A stretch of 64,000 nucleotides of DNA from the human T2T-CHM13v2.0 reference genome, Homo sapiens: NCBI RefSeq assembly GCF_009914755.1, contig NC_060926.1. One strand, 5' to 3'. Both the position numbers and the translations under genes were made by a program. Shown piece after piece: positions 15,847-29,276 of the stretch (the first letter of the stretch is position 1; each line of letters starts with the position of its first letter). A model generated the notes under the pieces. That model ran no database searches. It worked only from the letters and a program-made list of their open reading frames with translations, and was not told the DNA's origin.

Positions 15847-16317
15847 AAAAACAATTTGACACTTTTAAGCTTTCTTTTTAAACTTTGTTAATCAGGACCA
15901 TAACAGCATTTAGTCTAGGAGTAAATTACTCTCAGGCAAACTCTTTCTGAATACTTTACCTAATGCTCCATGAAATCTGGGGTTTGCCTCTAGCTAGAAA
16001 GAATAAATACAATTCCTGGCCCTGTGTGACTCCAGTGATTGTCTCCTGTAATTTTATTGGTGGTTCTTTTCCATATCAGGTAGTTTCTCACATACATGTG
16101 CTGATTACTACTTAGCTGAATATTTTAGGGGAAGCCTCTGCTGGTCTCTGGGGCTCTCTCTCTTTGTGCAGCTCTATTTTCTGTGGTAATTTGCCTTTTG
16201 TACTCTCACTACCTTGGCCTTCCTAGACTCCAAGCTCCTTCTCAATTACTGGAGACTCCTGGGCTTCTCTCTGTACTGCATTTTGGAAACCTTTCCCCAG
16301 GTAGTAAGCTGAGATAG

Positions 16318-16746
<429 letters not shown>

Positions 16747-16825
16747 TAGTTGTTACAGATAAGAAGCTAATTCTGATCTGTAATTCTCCATCTTGATCAA
16801 AGTACACAAATTTTAAATATATATA

Positions 16826-17459
16826 AAGTTAATTCATGGATTTTGTATGTCTGAATTTACCTACTTGCTAAAATGTATTTGTAACCCTGAAATCAATACT
16901 TGTGACATCTTTGCAGACATCCAAAGAATGGTGAAAAATTTGAGTCACCCAATGCACATGTGCCCCATGGAGGATAGATGAGGCTACCTCTGCCTTTCTG
17001 TTTCAGTTCTCATCCTGTAAACAAATGTTCTTCTCAGAATCTATTTAGTGCTACATTTTCACATATTTGTGCTTTTTATTGTTGACTTCACTGTTTACAA
17101 TGGCCCCCAAGCATAGTGCTGAAGTGCTGTCTGGTGTTTTAAGCACAAGAGGCTGGGATATGCTTTATGGAGAAAACACATGTGCTAGATAAGTTTCCTT
17201 TAGGCATGAGTTTTGCTGTTGTCTGTGAGTTCTATGTTAATGAATCAACAATACGTGCCATATAAAGTGTCTTCAAACAAAAACACACGTCAGAACAAGA
17301 TTATATTTCAATTAGTTGGGAAAAATATTGTGACCAGAAACTTATGGAAGCCTAATCCTATATTTATCCTAGAAGCAATCAATCAGTATTTGTTAATTCA
17401 GTTTTCATGCTGACTTTATAGAACACAACTATAAGGAATAATGAGTGAAAATCAACTTT
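16826..17459. mobile_element. MER82-like TcMar-Tigger element
   Basis: TGGCCCCCAAGCATAGTGCTGAAGTGCTGTCT, GTGACCAGAAAC, GACTTTATAGAACACAACTA; ~630 bp. Confidence 0.8.
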
Positions 17460-17789
17460 ATTTTAGCTCCGATGTAAAGTAGATAAATATCCAGGCTCTA
17501 ACAGAGATTTTCTGCACAGTGTTCAGTCTGGTGAAGGGAAAAAATAATTCAGATAGGTGTATGTAATAAGATAAAAATAAGACACGTAGATGTAATTGTG
17601 TTACTAGAAAGGACTTGGAAAGGTTAGATAGTTAGAAATAAGAACAGGCCTAAAAGATATTTAAAATTATTAACTTATTATCAGCATCCTTGTTTCCCCA
17701 AACAGAAGGACCCTGTCAACTAGAGGATAAAAGCAATTTTCTTAGGCTTTTCTCTTGGGTTCTTTTGCCTGAAACACAAATCCCTTCAT

Positions 17790-18450
17790 AGTTCATTCAT
17801 TCAAGAAACATTCACTCCACACATACAATATGCCAGGCCTTGTGCTCAGATTTGAGGTTAGAAACTACAAAGACTGAGTCATTATCCGCCACAGGATCAG
17901 AAGCAGCTGGGGAAGAACAGGTGAAAAATATCAGCACAATGTGACAGGTGCTAGCAGAGATGCATCCCAGGATGTCGTATAATAAAAACACAGATCTCCC
18001 AGTCAGCTTCCCAGAGGAAAGGGTAGTCCTTGGGGCATTTTGGAGGAAGAGAAAATTAAATAAGTTAAATAGTGTCGCAAAGGAATGGCAATTGGGAAAG
18101 CAGCATATTGAAGACTCTGAGGAGACCCAGGAAGAGACAAAAGAGATGAGGGTAAGGAGGAAAACCGGCAAGATCATGCGAGGCATTATACACCAGGATA
18201 AGGAGTCTGAACTTTATTTGCAGGCAAATAAGAGCCATGAAAAAGTTTTAAGTAGGAAAGAAATAGGTTAGTGATATGGCCTATCTTTTAAGTAGGAAAC
18301 TGATATGGCCAGATTTATCCCAAGAATGGATCTTTGTTTCTGTGTGAAATATGAACTTGATGAGGAGCAATCCTGGAGACAAGAAGAGGAGTAAGTAGGT
18401 TGCTGCAATAAACAAGTGAGATAATAGTGGCCTGGACAAGAGAGGGCTGC
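17790..18450 (-). mobile_element. L2 fragment
   Basis: TTCATTCATTCAAGAAACAT...TGCCAGGC terminus followed by a purine-rich L2 body. Confidence 0.7.
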
Positions 18451-18831
18451 TTCCAAATTCTATCCCTTCACCAGTGCTTTAGCCACATCAAACCACCCAC
18501 TGCAACCCATACAGATAATTTCTTTCTTGCCTTTGTGTCTTAGCATGCCATTTTTCTCCTGCCTGGACTTTTATTGACTGCCTTTGCCTGTTTGGAAAAC
18601 GCCCATTGATCCTTCAGTGCACCTCTACTTTCAAGCCTTCATATTTGCAGAGTCTGTCTCCCCTTAATCTCTGTTTTCATAGCTCATCTCCAGTATAATG
18701 CCCTTCAAAATTAATAAGTAACTGATCATTTGTTTAAGATTTCAACTAGATTGAGATCCCCTTGCAGGCAAGGATTATGTCTTATACACCCTCCACTTCA
18801 ATGAACACAGATTTTATTACATGCTGGAGAT

Positions 18832-19020
18832 CAGTGGCTCTCAAATTTTAGAGTGCATCAGAATCTCCTGGGGAGCTTGTTAAAACACATATGGGTTTCC
18901 CCTGAGTTTCTAATTCAGTAGGTCTGAGATGCTAACCTGAGAGCTTCATTTCTAACAAGTTCCCAAATCAGGTTGATGCTGGCACTGCTGGTCCAGGGAC
19001 CATACTTTGAGAACCACCAC
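18832..19020. mobile_element. MER5A hAT MITE
   Basis: CAGTGGCTCTCAAA...TGCATCAGAATC...CATTTCTAACAAGTTCCCA...CTTTGAGAACCAC. Confidence 0.85.
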
Positions 19021-20224
19021 CCTAGATTTCCAGACTGTTGACTCCCTCAGTCATGAAGTTTATTATCTCCACCATCTCCTATGTTGTGATCTTCCATCAT
19101 GTGTATGTGTCTCTGTGCATGTGTGTGAATATGTGCATATCTGTGTAGAGAGGTTCAGCCTGGGTGCATATTCTTTTCCTTTATTTTCTACAAATTTTTC
19201 AATGTTTCTATCCTTCAGAACAAAGATTCTTGGACATAAATTATTATTGTGATAAGCTTAGTTCATTACACTTTAAAAGAGCGATTCCATGCACTTTCTG
19301 CCACATACCTATTTATGCTCTGGACACACAGACCCCTCAGAGTCCCCTAGAGATTCCCATCCATGAGCAAGTATCCTAGAAACAGAATTCTCTATTTTCT
19401 ATATAAAACAAATCATTCACCCCCGAAAACCCAATTTTAGCCAAAATAATCAAATATATCACTCACTTAAAAAATCTAAATCATTGTCCTGATTACTAAT
19501 AGTTGCAAAGGCCAACACTCTAAAGGGAGGAAAATCGGTTGGCAGGAAGGAATGGGTTTTGAGCAACGCTCATAAATAACCAAGGATTATCTCAGTTTTA
19601 TTTTTGTCCATATGAGCCAATCCTGATTATTCCATTGCATCACCAAAACAGTTTTTCTCTATAAAATCTATTCCGTTTCATTTTCTGTTAGTTGTCAGAC
19701 CTCCCTGGGGGTACATGTTCTACTCAGTTCATTTATTTTTGTGAAATGCTGCATCATATTTTCTTTTGTTTTCTTTGTAATCTCTTGATATCTTCACAGC
19801 TTCTCTACAGAAAAAAAACAAAACAAAAAACCTACACTAACAAACAGAGGTAATTTGCATGGTTCTTTGCTTTACTTGGATCCAATGAGTGAGTGAGTCC
19901 CTGAGGCCCACCAATGTAAATATCAGGGGGGGGTTCACATGCCTACTACTTTCATGAGTTCAAATATAATTTTTTAAATTTCTCAATCATGACAGGTTTT
20001 CTTTTATTTCTAAACTTTCCATTGAACTTTAGAATGATTACAAAGTTAGCAATTATCTCAGAGTAATTTCTATTTATTATGGAGCCTGATTTTCCTGGGG
20101 TTTCTCTTGTAAAGCTATTTTCATAAATGTCCAAACTTCTTGTTTTTTCCAGATACCTCCAACAAAATAATTATCCATAGCTCTTTATAGCTCTTTACAT
20201 TCTCTTAAAGAGTTTTCAAATCCC

Positions 20225-20232
20225 GTGTGTGT

Positions 20233-20270
<38 letters not shown>
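20225..20270. repeat. (GT)n microsatellite
   Basis: About 23 GT units with one interruption. Confidence 0.95.
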
Positions 20271-20272
<2 letters not shown>

Positions 20273-20479
20273 CCGGGTGAATATTGCAGGTCCCCTGTTG
20301 GGCTCAGAGGCAACTTTGCCACATAGGCAGTTTTGTTTATCATCACTATGAAACTTCATTTCAGGAAGAAAATGAACATCTACAGATTTTTTTACATGAT
20401 CAGGATTTGACACACTTATCTATTTTAAAACATGTAGTACAGCTGTAAAACTTAAAGCTTAAAAATGTCACCTAAAGGC

Positions 20480-21090
20480 AAAGTGATGCATCTATTTCAG
20501 AATCAAATAGACCAGTTTGAATCACAGTTCTGCCATTCAATACCTACATGAGCCACAACTTCTCTAAGACTTGGCTTTTCTAGAAATTAAGATAGTAACA
20601 AACGCTCTGAAGATAATTAAATGAGATAATTCATACAAGCATTGGGCACACAGTAGATGTTGCAAAGGGTTAGTGCTCTCTTGCTATCCCTCTCTGTCTC
20701 TCTCTCTCTCTCACACACACACATGCACATATATACAGACTACATTTTTCAAACTTTAAATATTCATATATTGTTTTACAGTTTTAACACCTTTTTTACC
20801 ATACTCATCTTTAACTCAAGCATGACATAGTTATTTCAAATATTATAGCTATTATATGCATTTCAAAAAGAATGAATTACTTTTTGTGCATCTACTTTGT
20901 GCAAGACATCAGACTTTATTTAATGCTATGACAACCACATATGGAATAGGAATTATTTTCCCCATTTCTATTGAAAAATAAACTAAATTCAGAGAAGTAA
21001 ATTAACTCAGCCAAGAACAGAGAGCTAGTAAGGTGGGGAGCTAGCCCAAGAAGACATTCTCTGACTTCATTGCTATATCCACTACATCAT
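20480..21090. mobile_element. MIR fragments (plus ~20480-20680, minus ~20870-21090) around a (TC)n(CA)n tract
   Basis: MIR motifs GATAATTAAATGAGATAAT, GGCACACAGTAG, and the reverse core CCCCATTTC...CAGAGAAGTAAATTAACT. Confidence 0.65.
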
Positions 21091-21125
21091 GTGGCATGGT
21101 GAATATCATTCTGAGAGACAGCTGG

Positions 21126-23386
21126 TGAAATGGTTTGGCTCTGTATCCCCATCCAAACCTCATCTTGTAGCTCCCATAATTCTCACGTGTTGTGGGAGGG
21201 ACCTAGTGGGAAATCATTGAATCCTGGGGGCGGGTATTTCCCATCCTATTCTCATGATAGTAAATAAGTCTCATGAGATCTGATGGTGTTAAAAAGGGGA
21301 GTTTCCCTGCACAAGCTCTCTTTGCCTACTGCCATTGATGTAAGACGTGACTTACTCCTCCTTGCCTTCTGCCATGATTGTGAGGCTTCGCCAGCCATGT
21401 GGAACTGAAAGTAAATTGCCCAGTCTTGGGTATGTCTCTATCAGCAGCATGAAAACAGACTAATACAGTAAATTGGTACCAGTAGAGTGAGGCACTGCTG
21501 AAAATGCATAAGCAACTTTGGAAATGGATAACAAGTAGAGATTGGAACAGTTTAGAGGGCTCAGATGACAGAAAATGTGGGAAAGTTTGAAACTCCCTAG
21601 AGTTTTGTTGAGTGGCTTTGAGCAAAATGCTGTCAATGATATGGACAATGAAATCCAGGCTGAGGTGGTCTCAGATGGAGATAAGAGCAACTTCTTGGGA
21701 CCTGGAGCAAAGATGACTTTTCTTGTGTTTTAGCAAAGAAACTGGTGGCATTTTGCCCCTGCCCTAGAGATTTGTGGAACTTTAAACTTCAGAGAGAAGA
21801 TGTAGAGTATCTAGCAGAAGGAATTTCTAAGCAGCAAAGCATTCAAGATGTGATTTGGGTGCTGTTAAAGTCATTCAGTTTTATAAGGGGAGCAGGGCAT
21901 AAAAGTATGGAAAATTTGCAGCCTGACAATGCAATAGAAAACAAAATCCGATTTTCTGAGGAGAAATTCAAGCTGGTTGCAGAAATTTGCATAAGTAACA
22001 AGGAGCCAAATGTTAATCTCCAAGACAATGGGGAAAATGTTTCCAGGGCATAACAGAGGTCTTCGTGGCAGCCCCTCCCACCACAGGACTGGAGACATAG
22101 AAGGAAAAAATGGGTCTGTGGGTTGGGCCCAAGATCCCAAGCTGTGTGCAGCCTAGGGACTTGGTGCCCTGTGTTCTAGCCACTCTAGCCATGGCTAACA
22201 GGGGTCAAGGTACAGCTTGGGCTGTTGCTTCAGAGGGTGCAAGCCCCAAACCTTGACATCTTCCATGTGGTGTTGAGCCTGTGGGTGCACAGAAGTCAAG
22301 AATTGAGGTTTGGCAACCTCCCCCTAGATTTCACAGGATGTATGGAAATGCCTGGATGCCCAGGCAGAAGTTTGCTGCAGGGGCAGGGCCCTAATGCAGA
22401 ACCTGTGCTAGGTAGGGCAGTGCAGAAGGGAAATGTGTGGTCAGAGCCCCCACACAGAGTTTCTACTTGGCTACCACCTGGTGGAGCTGTGAGAAGAGGG
22501 CCACTGTTCTCCAGACCCCCAAATGGTAGACTCACCAACAGTTTACACCATGGACCTGGAAAAGCCACAGACACTCAGCACCAGCCTGTGAAAGCAGTCA
22601 GGAGGGAGGATATATCCTGCAAAGCCACAGGGGTGGAGCTGCCCAAGACCAAGGGAATCTACCTATTGCATCGGCGTGACCTGGATGTGAGACACGGAGC
22701 CAAACGAGATCATTTTGGAGCTTTAAGATTTGACTGCCCCGCTGTATTTTGGACTTGCATGGGGCTTGCAGCCCCTTTGTTTTGGCCAATTTCTCCCATT
22801 TGGAATGGCTGTATTTACCCAATGCCTGTACTCTCATTTTATCTAGGAAGTAACTAACTTGCTTTTGATTTTATAGGCTCATAGGCAGAAGAGATTTGCC
22901 TTGTGTTAGATGAGACTTTGGACTGTGGACTCTTGAGTTAATGCTGTAATGAGTTAAGACTTTGGGAGACTGTTGGGAAGGCACAATTGGTTGTGAAATG
23001 TGAGGACATGAGATCGTGGAGGGGCCAGGGGCAGGATGATATGGTTTGGCTGTGTCCCCACCCAAATCTCATCTTGAATTCCCATGTGTTGTGGAAGGAA
23101 CCTGGTGGGATGTAATCGAATCATGGGGGCAGGTCTTTCCCATGCTGTTCTTATGATAGTGAATAAGTCTCACAAGATCTGATGGTTTTACAAAAGGGAG
23201 TTTCCCTGCACAAGCTCTCTCTTTGCCTGCTGCCATCGATGTAAGACATGATTTGCTCTTCCTTGCCTTCCACCATGATTGTGAGGCTTCCCCAGCCATG
23301 TGGAACTATAAGTCCAATTAAATCTTTTTCTTTGTAAATTGCTCGGTCTTGGGCATGTCTTTATCAGCAGCACAAAAACTAATACA
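21126..23386 (+). mobile_element. Full-length THE1 MaLR provirus (5'LTR 21126-21467, internal 21468-23036, 3'LTR 23037-23386)
   Basis: TG...CA LTR termini. The internal region starts GTAAATTGGTACCAGTAGAG and has a PPT GGGGCCAGGGGCAGGA. Perfect TSD GCTGG at 21121-21125 and 23387-23391. Confidence 0.96.
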
Positions 23387-23881
23387 GCTGGTCTGGTTTC
23401 AGATCTGGACTCTGGCCTAGGTTAGTTGTACTATTAGGGAAAGTAACATAATTTAAATTTTCAAAAAGGAATAAAAATAGTGCCAAGCTTCCAGGGCTTT
23501 GTGAGGATTAAAAACATTAATTCCTCTAAAGCCCTAAGCATGGTGGTGTCTGGCACATAGTAAAAGCATGATAAGTAACATCTATTAGCAATTTAACAAA
23601 GTGGAAAGGTAGGTCATATCTTCTGCAGATTAGAGTAAATGTGATTCTGACTTTAAAAAAAAATCCTGTATTTTTACATGAAACACTTCTTGAGATTTCT
23701 GTTCTCCTCTGCCCAGAGCAGAAAGATTAAGCTACCAAATGGAGTGCCTGATTTCAGATCAGAAGTGAGGTAAGAACATCCAAAACATCATCCCTCCTCC
23801 CCTACCATTTATTTCCCTGACATGGAGTGGGACTTATCTGGGAAATGTACCAAAGATAGTGGCTAATGATATAGGGTTTTA

Positions 23882-24201
<320 letters not shown>

Positions 24202-24234
24202 AAAAGAATAAGGTTTTCGGAATCCATTTTTAGA

Positions 24235-24438
24235 CAGTGGTTCTTAACTGGAGGTGATTCTGCCTCTCCATTCCAAAGGATATTTGGTGATATCTGAAGA
24301 CAGCCTTCATTATCATGACCGGAAGGACATCATGATACTGGCATTTAGGAGGTAGAGGTCAGGGATGCAGCCAAACATCATGCAATGCACAGAATATCTA
24401 GTCTGAATGTCAATAATATCAAGATCAAGAAACCCTTG
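24235..24438 (+). mobile_element. MER20 hAT MITE
   Basis: CAGTGGTTCTTAAC...GGTAGAGGTCAGGGATGCAGCCAAACATC...AAGAAACCCTTG. Confidence 0.8.
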
Positions 24439-24779
24439 TTTAAAATATATGGGAAAAATGATGCAGAGGGGCAAAGACTAGATGAGGGGAAGAAAGTAAG
24501 GTGGCTGTTGCAGTAACCCAGGAACCTAGAAACCAGGAACCAGGAACCAGGAATCTAGGAATGTAAATGATGAAATGTAAGAAGGAGGTAGGTAAGAAAG
24601 AGGTTAGCAGAATAGAACTGACATAACTTCATGAGTGGTTAGCTATAGTGGGTTAGGAAAAAGAATAAACAATCTATGAGGCTTTGGTGACTGAAGAAAC
24701 GATTATCAAGAAATCATGAGCCCCATTTTAGTTACTCAATAGGAAATCAGTACAAAGCTTAGGGGATGAAAATGAGATC

Positions 24780-25210
24780 AATGTATTATTTCTCATGATT
24801 CTGTTTGTTGGCCAAGTGGTTCTTCAGCTCTGCATGACATTGGCTAGGGCACTGGGATAGCTAAATGACACAAATGGTCTTATTCACATAGCTGGCAGTT
24901 GGTACTAGCCACTAGTGCATAGCTCTATAGGCTAGGGGCCTCAGCTTCCTGGAGGCAGGCATATCCACGTGGTTAGTTGGGCTTTCTCAAAAAATGGTGG
25001 CCAGGTTACAAGAAGGGGCATCACAGGGAGACAAGACCAAATGGAAGTGTTTATCAAGCCTCTGCTTGAATAAAACTTGTCAGTTCCTACTAGTCAAAGC
25101 TAATCCCATGCCAACCCCAGAGCCAATGTGAAAGGGAATTATATAAGGAGTGCCAGAAGGGATGGCTTACCAGGAGATACTAGACTTCTACAAGTCCCCC
25201 ACAATCTCTA
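24780..25210 (-). mobile_element. Old MLT1 (H-K type) LTR
   Basis: TTATTTCTCATGATTCTG, GGCCTCAGCTTC, GTCAAAGCTAATCCCATGCCAACCCCAGA. Confidence 0.6.
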
Positions 25211-25572
25211 ATATCTATTGTTTTCATCTCTGCTAAAACACCCTGTACATTTCCCAGGAAGTATTTGCTTACATTAACATGTTCCATAGTAGATAACACT
25301 TCTTAAGAGCCAGAACTGTGTTGTTTTTATCAAGGTTCCAACCATAGCACTAGGAACATAATAGTGTTCTATTAATATTCAGTGAATCAAAGAAAAGGAT
25401 AGAAGAAAAGAAGAAATGGAAAGAAGGAAGAAGACAGGCTAGGAATTTCAAATATTCACATGCACTTTATTTCTGCAGTAGAAATAAATGACAAGTTATT
25501 TGGTTTCTAGTTCCTTCATTTTCAAAAGATAAAGCCCCAGTTTGTGGCATAAAAAACCTGAAGATCAAATAC

Positions 25573-27971
25573 TGATATGGTTTGGCTCTGTGTCTGCACC
25601 CAAATCGCGTGTTGATTTGTGATTCTGAGTTTTGGAGGTGGGGTCTGGTGGGAGGTGATTGGATCATGGGGGTGGTTTCCTATGGTTTAGCACCATCCCC
25701 CAGTGCTGTCTCATGATAGAGTTCTCATGAGATCTGGTTGTTTAAAAGTGTGTAGCACTTCCGCCTTCATTCTCTCTTACCTGCCACTATATGAAGACGT
25801 GCTTGCCTCCTCTTTGCCCTTCTGCCATGATTGTAAGTTTTCTGAGGCCTCCCAGTCCTGCTGCCTGTACAGACTACAGAACTGTGAGTCAATTAAACCT
25901 CTTCATAAATTACCTAATCTCAGGTAGTTCTTTATAGCAGTGTGAGAATGACTAATACAGAAAATTGCTACCAGAAAATGGGGCATTGGTATAAAGATAC
26001 CTGAAAATGTGGAAGCAACCTTAAAACTGGGTAATGGGCAGAGGTTGGACGAATTTGGAGGGCTCAGAAGACAGGAAGATGGGGAAGGTTTGGAACTTCT
26101 TAAAGACTTTGTTGAATGGTTTTGGCCAAAATACTGATAGTGATATGGACAATGAATTCCAGGCTGAGAGGGTCTCAGATGGAGATGAGGAACTTATTGG
26201 GAACTGGAATAAAAATCATCCTCGTTATGTTTTAGCAAATGACTGGCAGCGTTGTGCCCCTGCTCTATAGATCTGTGGAACTTTAAACTTGAGAGAGATA
26301 ATTTAGGGTACCTAGTGGAAGAAATTTCTAAGCAGCAAAGGATTCAAGATGTGATCTTGCTGCTTCCAACAGTGTATTCTCACATGCATGAACAAAAAGA
26401 TTATCTGAAACTGGAACTTATATTTAAAAGGCAAGCAGTAAGGTTACATATAACTTTACTTATATGTAAAAGTTTGGAAAATTTGCAGCCTAACCATGTG
26501 GGAGAAAAGAAAAACCCATTTTCCAGGAAGAAATTCAAGCCAGCTACAGAATTTTACATAAGTAAAGGGGAGCCAAATATCAACAGCCAGGACAATGGGG
26601 AAAATGCCTCCAAGGTATTTCAGAAAACTTCTTGGCAGCCCCTCGCATCACAGTCCTGGAGGCCTAGAAGGAAAAAATTTGGGGGGGCCAGGCCCATGGC
26701 CCCACTGTTCGAAGCAGCCTTGAGACGTGGTGCCCTGCATCCCAACTGCTCCAGCTCTTCTAGTCATAGCTAAAATGGATCAAGGTAGAACTCAGGACTT
26801 AGTGGCTTCCACATGCTATTGGGCTTTCAGGTGTGCAGAAGGTAAGAGTTGAGGTTGAGGAGCCTCCTCCTAGATTTCAGAGGATTTATGAAAATGCCTA
26901 GATGTCCAGGCAGAAGTCTGCTGCAGGGGCACAGCCCACATGGAGAACCTCTACCAGATCAGTGTGGAGGGAAAATATGGAGTTGGAGCCCGCACATAGA
27001 GTCCCCACTGGGGCACTGCCTAGTGGAGCTGTGAGAAGAGGGCTACTGTCCTCCAGACCCCCAAATGGTAGATCCACTGACAGTTTGCACAGTGTGCCTA
27101 GAAAAGCCACAGGCACTCAATGCCAGCCTGTGAAAGCAGCCATGGGGGCTGTACTCTGTAGATCCACAGGGGCAAAGCTACCCAAGGCCTTGGGAGCCCA
27201 CCCTTTGCATCAGCATGCCCTGGATGTGAGACATGGAGTCAAAGGTGATTATTTTGGAGCTTTGAAATTGAATGACTGAGCTGCTGAGCTCTGGACTTGC
27301 ATGAGGTCTGTGGTCCCTTTGTTTTGGCCAATTTCTCCATTTTAGAACAGGAGCATTTACCTAATGCATGTAACCCCATTGTATCTTGGAGGTAACTAAC
27401 TTGTTTTTTATTATACAGGCTCATTGGCAGAAGGGACTTGCCTTGTCTCAGATGAGACTTTGGGCTTGGACTTTTGAGTTAATGTTCGAATGAGTTAAGA
27501 CTTTGGGGGGATTGTTGGAAAGGCATGATTGTATTTTGCAATGTGAGCAGTACATGAAATTTCAGAGGAGCCAGGGGAATGACATGGTTTGGCTCTGTGT
27601 CCCCCCCCAAACTGCATGTTGAATTGTGACCTTGAGTGTTGCAGGTGGGACCTAGTAGGCGGTGATCAAATCATGGAAGTGGTTTCTAACTGTTTAGCAC
27701 CATCCCCCTAGTGCTGTCTTGTGATAGAGCTCCCTCAAGTCTGGTTATTTAAAAATGTGTAGCACTTTTCACTTTGCTCTCTCTTTCCTGCCACCATGTG
27801 AAGACATGCTTGCTTTCCCTTTGCCTTCCATCATGATTGTAAGTTTTCTGAGGCCTCCCAATCATGCTTCCTGTATAACCTGCAGAACTGTGGGTCATTT
27901 AAACCTTTTTTCTTCATAAATTACCAAGTCTTAGGTAGTTCTTTATAGCAGTTTGAGAACAGAATAATATA
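25573..27971 (+). mobile_element. Full-length MST (MSTA-like) MaLR provirus (5'LTR 25573-25959, internal 25960-27579, 3'LTR 27580-27971)
   Basis: TGA(T/C)ATGGTTTGGCTCTGTGTC starts and the TTTAGCACCATCCCC diagnostic in both LTRs. TSD AAT(A/G)C at 25568-25572 and 27972-27976. Confidence 0.95.
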
Positions 27972-28943
27972 AATGCCAAGCTTTTTCAGATCAAAACAGG
28001 TTAACTAGCTATAAGGCTTAGGGCATGCACATCAACTCCCATGATTGAAAGCTACTTCACTCAAAATACTAGTGTGAAAACATTGGCCCAAATGTGATTC
28101 AAACTACCAACTACCAAGAACTGCTAGAGCCTGAGCACACACAGTCTCAGAGTGAGAGCCAAAAATGTCCTGCTTTGGGAAAAATTTCTTCACAGAATAA
28201 ATCTAGTTCCTGGCACTCACACTTTGTTGTCAGCCAAAGAGTGCCCATTGGGAAAACATCCGAAAGCTGTGTCAACAATGAATAAGATCTGAAGCTTTTG
28301 ACTTATAATTTCAAATAGAGAAGTCACTCAATACAATGCTCAGCCTCTTCTCTCTCTGTTTATTTGTCCTATTGGAAAACTCAATCACCTTTCTCCTCCC
28401 AAATTCCAACTACCTTTTATATATTGCTAGTGCCCAAATCTTAATCTGAAGCCCAGACATCTCTTCTGTGCTCTAGACCCTTCCTATTCTATTCAATCCA
28501 GTGTTCTACAGGACATATTAATCTGGAGGACCCACAAGCACCTCAAACCAAACAAATCTAAAACTCAATTCCTCACACACACCATCCCAGACTAGCTTTT
28601 CCTTCTGTAGTACCTGTACAGCAACATAACTATCTACCCAGACAACTAAACTAGAAATCACTGAGGCCTGCTAAATTTGTCACACACCATCATACTCCTC
28701 ACACATTGGTAATTAAATACTAAAATTTTTACATCCCAATCTAGCCCCCCTTTTTCTCTTGCCAAGGTTGTAGCAACAGCTTGACAACTGGTCTCCCTGC
28801 CTTTATTCTTTTGCCTCTCCATTTCTTCCTCTCTACTGCATCCAAAATGATTCTTCTAAAACTAAAATCTATTCTGATCACTCTTTGCTTTAAAATTTTC
28901 AATGGCTCTCTAGACATGGAAGCCCAAACTCCTTTAGCTTACA

Positions 28944-29276
28944 CAGGGATCTCCAACTTCCAGGCTGCTGACCTGTACTGGTCTGTGACCTGTCAGGAAC
29001 CGGACCACAGAGCAGGAGGTGAGCAGTGTGAGTGAGCATTCTCACCTGAGCTCCACCTCCTGTCAGATTAGCAGCGGCATTAGAGTCTCATAGGAGCATG
29101 AACCCTATTGTGAACTATGCATCTGAGGGATCTAGGTTGCATGCTCCTTATGAGAATCTAATGCCTGATGATGTCAGGTGGAACAGTTTCATCCCAAATC
29201 CATCCCTCCTGCTGTCTGTGGAAAAATTGTCTTCCACAAAACCCGTCCCTGGTGCCAAAAAGGTTGGAGACTGCTG
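28944..29276 (+). mobile_element. MER1B hAT-Charlie MITE within L2 remnants
   Basis: CAGGGATCTCCAAC...GTTGGAGACTGCTG TIRs, plus GAGGGATCTAGGTTGCATGCTCCTTATGAGAATCTAATGCCTGATGAT. Confidence 0.9.

Noticed and set aside
19952-20134. 60-aa ORF in unique sequence, and other short unique-region ORFs
   Set aside because: No recognisable homology or matching splice-site pair; the length is expected by chance.
22225-22857. 210-aa ORF in the THE1 internal region, and similar MST ORFs
   Set aside because: Frameshift-fused remnants of the MaLR internal ORF; the surrounding frame is broken.
24518-24563. (CCAGGAA)n-like short tandem
   Set aside because: Short slippage repeat inside an L2 remnant.
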